Positions 12,001 to 24,000 of a stretch of DNA of 64,000 nt are shown here, piece after piece. The notes beneath the pieces were generated by a model. The model was not told where the DNA came from, did not search any database, and worked only from the letters and a program-made list of their open reading frames with translations. The DNA lies in the NCBI RefSeq assembly GCF_964204865.1, contig NC_135257.1:11904001-11968000 (forward strand), in the 5' to 3' direction. How positions within the stretch are numbered: the first letter of the stretch is position 1; each line of letters starts with the position of its first letter. This DNA comes from Styela clava (taxonomy: Eukaryota). The position numbers were made by a program, and so were the translations under genes.

Positions 12001-15000
12001 TCCAAAGAAACCAGAATTTCAAATTGAGTTTGAAAATACGACTCTGGCTCAGTTCACAGCTCCGTTTTGTGCTAATATATATTAAATTAAAATCTAAGAC
12101 AGTACTTTTGCTTAAAAAAATGTGTAGTCTCAATAATCAACCGATATAAAATATGAAGCTACATGGTATCACTAAGGCACCCTCAGGAATCAGTTCGAGT
12201 GGCATCTCTCCTGTATGAGGGGAGTAGTATACCCGCTCTCAAAAAACAAACGGGGGTCAAACACCAGCCTGATTTTACCCAGAAATGAGTTAAGACTTCA
12301 ATAATGTTTTTAATGCCTAGTATGGCGTGTCAACCGTTGAGCCAAAGGCATATAAAGTCACAACAGTTAAAGAGTTTGGCCACTAGAAGTAAGATCGAAG
12401 TCTGTGGTTCGTCGAGTAGGCCTTTGTACCAAATATCTTCATTTTTTACCTTTATACTGAAAGTCTATTCAACATAGATTGAGAAGGCAATCCATCAAGA
12501 AGCAGATACAAGTGATTACACCATTTATATTTATTTCAATATCAAACAACAAATATGCAAAATAAGAAAATTTGGAATCCTAGAAATACAATAATGCAGA
12601 GATACACAAGAATAGTGTAAAAAATAACATTAATGATGAATAGCACCAAATTAAAACTGAGAGATGACGACCTTCAAAGCACCCTTCCCTCTTTTTAAAA
12701 ATTTTCTTTGATCGAGATGCCGGTGATGCCATGTACAAAGTAGCATTGTATTGTTTCTCAATCCTGTCACTGCATTGCAGGCTCCTACCAAATCACTACA
12801 AAATGACAACAAAGATAGTTATTGACAGACCTTAAAAATCAACTAGAAAAAAAAATATAAACTACTGTTTCCATTAACAAGGAAGAATAATTTTCTTGTG
12901 ATATGAGCAGCGTTTGATAATAGGAAAATATTATCGACTTTGAAATTTTCACTTTGAATATCTCTTCCTGATAGTGTGTTTTAATTGATAAAGCTCTCAT
13001 AAATATACAAATCAAGTCATCTGAAAGCAATAACTAACAATAAAAAATAGGACCTGTATACAACTCTGAAAGACCTCTCTCCATGCCTAACAACACTTTC
13101 TATATCTCCATATTTCTGTAGCTCCCTAAGAAACTCATAAAAAGTGTATCTTGATGCAACATTTAAAAAGATCTGAAGACAAGCATTGCAAGATTTCAAG
13201 TTTAAACAAACAAACAACCAGCAATACTAACATTACTAAGTTACCAATAGGACCAATACCAATTAATGCAAGAAATTCTTGCAATATCTCAGGGAAAATA
13301 CTGAATATTTCTGAAGCCAAAACATACCAAAATTGCATTTAAATTTTTTATATTTCAATTTCTCTTCTCTTGGATTCTATCTTCAAGTTTAAATGACCGT
13401 GATTCAAAATCAAGTTGAATATAAAAAATGACAAAAACCTCTACTGTAGATAATGGTGCCTGAACTGCAGAATTTGATTCCAAAGACGATTTCACTGCCT
13501 TTTCCAACCTGTCCTCTGTATGAACAAACAATTCAAAAAACTAAATAATTGAGGCAAACTAATAAATGGCAAGAAGACAAACTAAAAAGACAACAAAGTC
13601 TACCATCAACCAACCTTTTTTATGAAGATAAAGCTGACTGGGTTTTGGACTAAAATATGTTATGCATGGAGGTTCATGATGTTCAACATGTTCTTTATAA
13701 CAAGGCATATCCCTGAGCTGCATCAATTCTGAGCTCTGTTAAAATTGCATTGAGTTTATTTTTCCATTCAGTTAAGATCTTGGCTCAATTACTCCCACAG
13801 AGGAAAATTATTGAATCCTGCCAACTTCTTTAAAATAGAATATATTCCTTGCGACTGAATATCCACTCATGAATTTGGCTGCAATTTCAAGAATAAATCT
13901 GATTTCTGCCAATGAGACATGATGCAAACTAAGTTCACATGATGATTAAATGTAACATAGTTCGCTTAGTTACCTTTATTCTCCTGTTGTGCATTTCCTC
14001 GTATAGTTGTCTTGAAACAGGATTTGGTAAATGCGAAATCATCCGGCACACTTTGTTAAATTCATATATCATTGAAGAAGGTCTTTTCTCTTTTGCTGAC
14101 ATCTTCAAATGTGCTGCAATATTCTTTGAATAGGTATTATCTACATAACTCTGTATGACATTCCGGGTCGTCGGTACCTCAGTTTTAAATTTGGGATCAT
14201 CAATAAAAGAATTTTGAGGTGGATGGACTGGAGTGCTTCTTACTGGGTTCCGAAAGTTAACTTTTCTGGTAGAAACTGGCTTCAGGTGCATTCCATGAGA
14301 AAGGTCAAGACATAGATTTTTGATGCTGTTTTCTGATACTAATTGTCCTTTCCTGAAACATGAAGCAGCATGATTTACTTCATTATCTTCTGAAATGTCC
14401 AATTTAGGCTTCAAGTCTCCTAAAATATCCTGAATTTTTCTGTGATCCTTTTTTGCTTTCTGTGATATAGATGGCTTACTGTCTGCAGTCGGCATCATGC
14501 TACAATTTGATCCATACGGAGCAACAACTCGCAAAGCATTATTTATTGTGCCTGGCATTTTCAGAAGCAACCTAATACAACTTGCATCCGCAACAAACAA
14601 TGTTCCACAATACAAAGGGCATATTTTCAAATTGTTTATTCCCTGACCAGAATGTTGCATTATGATCAAACAATGGATAACTATACAACGTCAGAATAAA
14701 ATCAATTGTAATATCACAGAGGCCAGACAATAGGTATTTTCTTGATGTTTGTAGTTATTTTGATTTTTGCGTAACATTGAGCCTATAATTTTCAGTCATA
14801 AAATACCAAATACAGGCCAAAATGCTACAACTGACTATGATCCAATGCCGAGCAAATTTTTCAATTGCAACACCAGCATGTACAACTGCTTTAATCTTCC
14901 AAATTATTATAACTAAGTGGGATATGGCGGCTAGGACGGCTAGGCCTTAGGACAAACCCAATTTAAATCACCAACTACTCGTGTATCTATAATTTGGATT

Positions 15001-18000
15001 ACTCTGCAGTAAGGTTGAACCAAAGACAAACCAAGTCAGTTTTGTGTCATGTTTACTAACCACTCTATATATATAATATACCCAGCTAAAACAATAATAT
15101 TCAACACGATTCTTCAGATACATACGCCAAAAGCATTTAATCTGACAGGTAGTAAAGTAAAGTTAGGTGGTAAACACGAAAAACTATGTAAGAATACTAC
15201 AAACTGTTGGTGAGCCATTTCATTTGAACACAAACTTTTTTGAAAGAGAAAATTTGTCACTAACCGGAATGTAAGGTAACTGTATGATTTTCTGATTCAA
15301 AATCTCCTCCATCTTCTTCACCCTTTGGTCCCAGATCGATTTCTACAGTTTCATAAACAAACAATGTTGGAGCAGGAAATTCAGCAGATAGTCCTTTGGA
15401 TTGAACAGAAAGAACTGAGGCAGGCCATGAAGCAGTTGACTAAAATTGTAAGATATTTAATTTTAACATATAAGATAACAAGCTAGCAAATGGTGAAACA
15501 GAACATAGGTTGAAGTTCCAGGGATGGCCAATACCGAATAGTTCACTATTTCGAATACATTCGAAATTATTTTTTTCGAATATGAAATTTCGAATACTTC
15601 GAAAATAAAATCCACTAATTGAAGCTTATTTAATGTATGTAGGAATTTCCATACAATAAGCAATGGAATAACTGCTATCTACAAGTTACAACCTAGCTAT
15701 ATTACCAGGCATTTCATATTTGCAGATTATTGCATGATATATATTTGATATACCATGAGTCATGTTAACAGAATTAAATTAATACGACAATAGTGGTATC
15801 GATGATGAATTTGAATATTTGCGCAACACAAAATCATCCTAGTAAAACGCCCATACTTTTAAATACCAACCAGGCAAGGGATAAAGTATGAGGTATTTTT
15901 CCGACTTGTGACAATTTTTTCGTGAGTACAAAAATACGAATCAAAAATTAATTATATTCGGGAATTTTACCACACATTTTAAGTCCGCCGTTGTATGTAC
16001 CGTTGTATGTTTGAGTAATAATACTTTTATTATTTTATAAATATGAAAATAGGAATCAAAAACTATTTATAATCGGGTAGTTTACCACATATTGTAAGTC
16101 CACAGATCGCTGTTGTATTTTGTAAATACGAAAATCAAAAATTAATATTAATCGCGAGTTTGCCACTAGGGATGCCACTTTCGGATTTACGAATCGGATC
16201 GATTCGAATCGCATCTTTTCCGAATCGATTCGAATCAGATTTACGCGATTCGGAAAAAGAGAGCGATTTAGCGAAAAAAAAACATTGAACGTTTGTTAAA
16301 TCGTCGTTTTCGGCGGCTTTAAATCTGCCAGAGTGTGTTTATGCGGCACTCCAAATAACGCCAAATTACGGGACCGAAAAAAAAACATTGAACGTGTGTT
16401 AATCGTTGTTTTCGGCGGTGTTAAAACTACCGAATGCGTTTATGCAGCACTCCAAATAACACCAAATTACGGGACCGAAAGAAAAACATTGAATATTTGT
16501 TAATCGTTGTTTTCGGTGGCGTTTAAACTGCCGAATGCGTTTATGCGGCACTCCAAATAGCAACAAATTACGGGACGTAAATAAATGAAAATGAATTTTT
16601 CGTGATTGACTTTTTTACTTGTCTGCCGTCATTTGTTTCAAGTTCGACACAACACACTCTTTTACGCATCACTCGAGATGATGTGTGGCGTAATTACCAG
16701 CAAACTGCGAGTTCAGTTTTCCACTAAATAGCCGAAGTTTCCATTATGCGCGAATTCAAATGGATCGTATACCTGAAAATTCGTGTCAATTTTGATGAAA
16801 ATTTTCAACAGCACACCTACGCTGCCACTAAGTTATTGTACGCCCTGGCATGATTGGATAAAGAATCGGCTACCGACGTCTGGATAATGTTTAATTTTGA
16901 TTGAAATTTAATTTAAACTTTGTTCTGAGAGCAATATTTCGCGTACATTTGAAGAGAACTATTGCTGAATGAGTTCATCGGCCGGCAATGTTAATTTACA
17001 ATCATGTATCTCATCCTAAAATATATTTTTATTTTGTTTGCGTTTGTCAGGCTTCCACTCGAGTGGCGGTAAACGAAATCAGGGGGACATAATGTAATAG
17101 TACATACACGTCTTTTTTCAGCTGTTACCAAAAAAAGTAGTATTTACTTTTAATTTTGTTAGCGCGATACAAGCGGATAAAACATTTCGGATTATTTCGA
17201 GCAAATGTCATAACGGACAGGTGGGAGTAAATAATACTTGAGGAATGGCAACTTGTGCACTGTTTTACATCAACACGTGGCAGATTTCATACCAGACCGA
17301 GCATACGGTGCGAATGTCGTCTTACTTTAGCCCCAGCGACCATGTTTGATCGAGATAAAGCGTCAACCAATTATCGCTCGTCAGCGCGGCGTCCATTATG
17401 CACATTTGGACTTTCTGAATTACGAAATTAAACGTAGTCCACATTAATAATGAAGCCCGAGTTAGCCAATAACGCTTGTTTGCCACAAATAATACTGTCT
17501 CTAATATTTATGGAAATTTTTGTTCGCAATCGTAGTCGGATGAACGATTGTTTTTATCGAAATTAATTTAATTTAATCGTGGTTAATTTTATCGTCTTCA
17601 ATCATATTCTTGTAAGCATTTCCCATTTATAGTAATTCAGATGCAATTAGAATGTTTTTGTCGTATTACTCTATGCTGCTAGCATAAATATAAAATATTG
17701 TACTAAGATTTTGAAGATAAAGAATCGGTAATAAGGCCGTCCCTAATTCAATATAACAAGAAGGGAAATACCACGGTCACATATACTGGTGTGGGACAAG
17801 GGAAAGCAGTGCTGTTACTGTGTTTACGACATAACAGTACAACTGTTCCCTGCTTATTTTCTCATATGAATTCCATCAAATTGCCTCAGCCCTGATACAA
17901 GTATAACACAATAACTCAGTAATGTAAGACTCACAGATAAGTTGCAACAGCAAGTTTTTCATCAATGCATTTATTAGTGATATCTATGACCTACATTTTT

Positions 18001-21000
18001 TTTATCATGATGAAAATAAGTGTGGCTTATTCACTGAAAAACCCTCATCACCCTTGCTATATAGCCTATTCCATTTTTTTGTGAGTTTGGCCAAACATAC
18101 GCATGTAATAAAAAAAAAAAAGCTTAATGGAATCAGATTCGGAAAGATTCGATTCGAAAAGTTTTGATTCGAGATTCGATTCGAAAAAAAATGTATCCAG
18201 AAGTGGCAACCCTATTTGCCACACAATATATGTCCACAGATTGTCGGGATATTGTGCCGAATATAATTAGTTTTGATTCCTATTTTTGTACTCACGAAAA
18301 ATTTTAACAAGTTTATATTTTATCCCGCTCTTGGGAACTAATTTGGATAATGGTTGCCATTGGTTTGTATTTAAAAGTATGGACTTTTTACTAGGATGAT
18401 TTTGTGCTGCGTAAAATATTCGAATCCATGACCGATACCACTACTTAAAATGCCTTACCGTGTTAATTTAATTCTATTATCATAACTTCAAATGTTGGTA
18501 AATCGGGCAGTTTACCACACATTTGAAGGCCACAGATCGCCGTTGCATTTTAGAATTATTAGTTTTATTATTTTGTAAACACGAATCCGAAATTAATTAT
18601 AATTGGGCAGTTTACCACGTATTTCATGTCCACAAATACCCGTTGTATTTGGCATTAATACTTTCATTATTTTATCAATATGAAAATAGGAATCAATATT
18701 CAATAATATCGGTCAGTTTACTACACATTTTATGTCCACAGATTGTCGATACAACCATGAGTTACGTTGAACAGAATTAAATTAATACGGCATGACATTT
18801 TAAATGCTGGTACCAGTCATGGATTGGATTATTTTGCGCAACAAAAAATCATCCTGGTAAAGGATCAATACTTTTAACTATCGTTATCAGAATTATTTGC
18901 CAGAAATTATTTTCTAATAAATCGACTTTTCCAACTTGTGACAATTTATTGGATATCGTAACAATGACGGCTATAAATACCGTATTTCCCCGGCTAATAA
19001 GTCTTTATGGCAAATAGGACGATGTCTATTTTTAGCACTCAAAAAAGGAGTTTTTCCATATAGGCCTCCAATAAGACGGGTAGAAAAATTCGCTAATAAT
19101 TTTATATGTTCAGAACCAGATCATGTTAGTTTGGTAGAACCATACCCACAGAATTAACTATTTTTAACAATTGAGCAGTAAATTTAAGTTGCAAAGCGGC
19201 AATCATTTTGGACAACCTATTAACCCGAATGTTGAAATAATTTTGGAATGTGATGATAAGTACTATACTGTACGTCCACGGGTTATTTCACAGCTGTGTT
19301 TTCCTGTCCCTGTCGTGTTTTGCTGAATCAGCAAAACGAAAGGGTCACAAATCACTTTTATCTCGGTGGCCGTGTTTCTCTTTAAAGTAACGATAACCGG
19401 CCTGCGATTAAATATCATGATTGGCAGACCCTAAGACCCAAATATAAGGTTACACAAATCATGCTTGAGAAGACTCATGCAAATAAAAATTAGGCCACAT
19501 AGAAATAAAATAAAGATACTTTCTCAATTTTTCGACGTAATGGAAATGAATTTGTAAATTAAAAGCCTCGTACACGAATGTCGGCAATGTCCACCCTCGC
19601 AAAAGTGCAAATGTGTCGCAACACTATGCGCCCTACGGTCGCAAAGAATATAAACAATCAAAGTGCCGATTCTATTTCATCGTCATTACGTGAGACAGCG
19701 TAAAAAGTCGTTTAAAGATTCCCGTAAATAGGGTTGCCACTTCTGGATACATTTTTTTTCGAATCGAATCTCGAATCAAAACTTTTCGAATCGAATCTTT
19801 CCGAATCTGATTCCATTAAGCTTTTTTTTTTTATTACATGCGTATGTTTGGCCAAACTCACAAAAAAGCTCAAATCTAGAAGAAAAAAATTTGAAAATGG
19901 AATAGGCTATATAGCAAGGGTGATGAGGGTTTTTCAGTGAATAAGCCACACTTATTTTCATCATGATAAAAAAGATGTAGGTCATAGATATCACTAATAA
20001 ATGCATTGATGAAAAACTTGCTGTTGCAACTTATCTGCGAGTCTTACAATACTGAGTTATTGTGTTATACTTGTATCAGGGCTGAGGCAATTTGATGGAA
20101 TTTATATGAGAAAATAAGCAGGGAACAGTTGTACTGTTATGTCGTAAACACAGTAACAGCACTGCTTTCCCTTGTCCCACACCAGTATATGTGACCGTGG
20201 TATTTCCCTTCTTGTTATATTGAATTAGGGACGGCCTTATTACCGATTCTTTATCTTCAAAATCTTAGTACAATATTTTATATTTATGCTAGCAGCATAG
20301 AGTAATACGACAAAAACATTCTAATTGCATCTGAATTACTATAAATGGGAAATGCTTACAAGAATATGATTGAAGACGATAAAATTAACCACGATTAAAT
20401 TAAATTAATTTCGATAAAAACAATCGTTCATCCGACTACGATTGCGAACAAAAATTTCCATAAATATTAGAGACAGTATTATTTGTGGCAAACAGCGTTA
20501 TTGGCTAACTCGGGCTTCATTATTAATGTGGACTACGTTTAATTTCGTAATTCAGAAAGTCCAAATGTGCATAATGGACGCCGCGCTGACGAGCGATAAT
20601 TGGTTGACGCTTTATCTCGATCAAACATGGTCGCTGGGGCTAAAGTAAGACGACATTCGCACCGTATGCTCGGTCTGGTATGAAATCTGCCACGTGTTGA
20701 TGTAAAACAGTGCACAAGTTGCCATTCCTCAAGTATTATTTACTCCCACCTGTCCGTTATGACATTTGCTCGAAATAATCCGAAATGTTTTATCCGCTTG
20801 TATCGCGCTAACAAAATTAAAAGTAAATACTATTTTTTTTTGGTAACAGCTGAAAAAAGACGTGTATGTACTATTACATTATGTCCCCCTGATTTCGTTT
20901 ACCGCCACTCGAGTGGAAGCCTGACAAACGCAAACAAAATAAAAATATATTTTAGGATGAGATACATGATTGTAAATTAACATTGCCGGCCGATGAACTC

Positions 21001-24000
21001 ATTCAGCAATAGTTCTCTTCAAATGTACGCGAAATATTGCTCTCAGAACAAAGTTTAAATTAAATTTCAATCAAAATTAAACATTATCTAGACGTCGGTA
21101 GCCGATTCTTTATCCAATCATGCCAGGGCGTACAATAACTTAGTGGCAGCGCAGGTGTGCTGTTGAAAATTTTCATCAAAATTGTCACGAATTTTCAGGT
21201 ATACGATCCATTTGAATTCGCGCATAATGGGAACTTCGGCTATTTAGTGGAAAACTGAACTCGCAGTTTGCTGGTAATTACGCCACACATCATCTCGAGT
21301 GATGCGTAAAAGAGTGTGTTGTGTCGAACTTGAAACAAATGACGGCAGACAAGTAAAAAAGTCAATCACGAAAAATTCATTTTCATTTATTTACGTCCCG
21401 TAATTTGTTGCTATTTGGAGTGCCGCATAAACGCATTCGGCAGTTTAAACGCCACCGAAAACAACGATTAACAAATATTCAGTGTTTTTCTTTCGGTCCG
21501 GTAATTTGGTGGTATTTGGAGTGCTGCATAAACGCATTCGGTAGTTTTAACACCGCCGAAAACAACGATTAACACACGTTCAATGTTTTTTTTTCGGTCC
21601 CGTAATTTGGCGTTATTTGGAGCGCCGCATAAACACACTCTGGCAGATTTAAAGCCGCCGAAAACGACGATTTAACAAACGTTCAATGTTTTTTTTTCGC
21701 TAAATCGCTCTCTTTTTCCGAATCGCGTAAATCTGATTCGAATCGATTCGGAAAAGATGCGATTCGAATCGATCCGATTCGTAGATCCGAAAGTGGCATC
21801 CCTACCCGTAAAACGAAACACCACGTTTACGGCGAAAAGTGGCTACTATTCGGAATTATTCGAAAATCAGCCGAAAAGGTATTCGAATACTTTGATATTC
21901 GAATACATTCGAATATTCGATTCGTTTTGGACAACCCTGGGTTGAACGTGATGCTCCAAACATATTTATGAACATTCCCTGGAAATGACATATTCATTTT
22001 TCAAACATATGAAGAAACAGGCTACACTGGATGATGGACAAAGCAAAACTTTCTTGTAATTATGAGTCATGACTTATTAGGTACGATGTAAGGTATAAAG
22101 CAGACGTCTGTCAAACTGTAATTATGGACATGAAGTGATCATTTATGAAAACAGGGTAGAGTTTTCTATCCCTAAACTAATTAAACGGAGATACAAAACT
22201 AAATGCTATACAATATAATATTCTTGAGTTGAAACGCAGATGATAGGTGCTTGGAGGCAATGGGTGTCTGGTATCGATGGTAAAAATCAAACAACATGGA
22301 AACACAATTGTACCTGTGTGTCTGTAAAATCATCATCAGAATCGTAGTTTGTTGCAAGGGCGACACAATGATGAATTTTACCACTTGCCGTTGCAATAGC
22401 AATGACTGTGGGATTGTGATGAAGAACAAGTATCGAACAAGCATCAACACCATAATTGTCTTCTGCAGGGGGTTGCATAGTCAGAGGCCCATGCATTAAC
22501 CCTTTTCTATACCTGTAATACAATAGTACAATGTAATGTTATTGTTAAATCATACAAATTGCCATGGTTGTGAGCATATTCAATTACCGGCATTTGCTCA
22601 GATCATCAATGTACATTTGTTAAAAACATCCATAGTCAGTTTTATCTGAATCACCCGAATTTATAATATTTGTTATAAAATTTCACAGCTAGTGTTAATA
22701 AATATGAGTCATTCGAATAAACTCATCTTGGAAAACATTTCAATCACAAGCACTGCATAAAATAAACAATTTTGTTAACATTTCACCAAAAGCTCCTTTA
22801 TTTGAAATAAAAATCAAGTTTTCCCATGAGCTTTCTATCCTATAAAATTTATCCTTAAACTTATCGAATTTTTTCACACAAGATTGTTAACCAAACCTGT
22901 TGTCAGTCACAGATGTTAATAACAATAGCACATCTCCATCGCCTTGTAATAAATATATAGGATAAAGAAGAACAGTAGGTGGTTCATCTTTGTCAGCTCG
23001 TCTGGCTTGTAAAATTTTCTTTCTTTTCTCTTGCACTTCCACAGGAGGAGCAAATGAGAATGAAACCGCAGTCTCACCAATGGCAGAACTTATTGAGAAT
23101 CTAGAGTCAAAAAAGAGCAATAAAAATATTCCATTGCAGTCTCAAAGAAGAGTCGTAAACTAATGTAGTTGTCACGATTTGTATCGAAAATGGCAGAATC
23201 AGTATTAGATCATCCACTAACAGAATGCTTCGATTAATGCAATCACAACTGATCGGGGATAAGCTGTAAATTATTAAGAACATTTCCAGATAGCACAACA
23301 ACCTGACATCTTGGATACAATTCTTTAAATGGGGCTCCCAAAGTATGCGAACCAAGATGGCAGACATCGGAATGTAATATGTGTACTAGGTTAGGGTTAG
23401 GCCATAATTTTAGGTATAAATACTACGGGAGGCTCTTGGCTAGTCTTCGAACTGATAATAGGACTAAAATAAGGAAAATTGGGAAAAATCGCCTAACCCT
23501 AACCTGTTACCCATGTTACGTTCCGATGTCCGCCATCTTGGTTCGCACACTTCGGGAGCACTCTTTAAATTGATATAAATTAAGTCATGTTTTTAGGTAA
23601 ATTCAAAAAATGGGAGTATTATAAATTTATAAATCTTCTTAGAAAGCAATAATTACAGAAAATGAGAATGAATTTAATATTTGTGCCAATAACTAATTGC
23701 TATAAATACAATAAAGTCAAAATAGGGAAAAAAGGATTCAAACTTACGCTGAAGAGACTAGAGAAAACCTAGAGGATCCGATGTTGCTGTGACCAAGTTT
23801 GTGAACTTGTGTGGGTGTTTGGTTATCTGCTGTGACATCATAAATGCGCACTGTATTATCCGATAATAGCACAACAAGATGAGAGTGATTTGGAGATCCG
23901 GGATGCCATGAGGCTTGCCGCAACTGCACCATTATACATGTGGTGAAGAACCTTTCAGCTACTGGGAAACATCTGCCGAAAGAGAAGATGAAAAAAGTAC

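Larger units (their letters stand above)
15519..21939. mobile_element. Outer hAT-like non-autonomous element enclosing nested insertions
   Basis: Left end CAGGGATGGCCAATACCGAATA; right end (reverse complement) CAGGGTTGTCCAAAACGAATCG. Both have TTCGAAT-rich subterminal repeats. Flanks GGTTGAA[GTT]C and GGTTGAAC look like a degraded 8-bp TSD. Confidence 0.6.

Noticed and set aside
13737-13973. Nested gene as a pseudogene because of stop codons here
   Set aside because: The segment is removed as a phase-0 GT-AG intron, leaving a continuous reading frame.
16270-16580. Regular ~105-bp repeats (and the 87-bp repeats at 42561) as a CRISPR array
   Set aside because: Whole units are repeated with no unique spacers, the context is eukaryotic intron, and there are no cas genes.
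20442-20980. Transposase remnants inside the inner hAT (ALTSDNW motif; CTITLC..SSGSLTN BED-like)
   Set aside because: The matches are short, in separate small ORFs and in the wrong order for a hAT transposase, so not supportable without an HMM search.
16167-21804. Inverted 2-kb duplication as an assembly artefact
   Set aside because: Each copy has its own different perfect 8-bp TSD, and the copies differ by SNPs and an indel.
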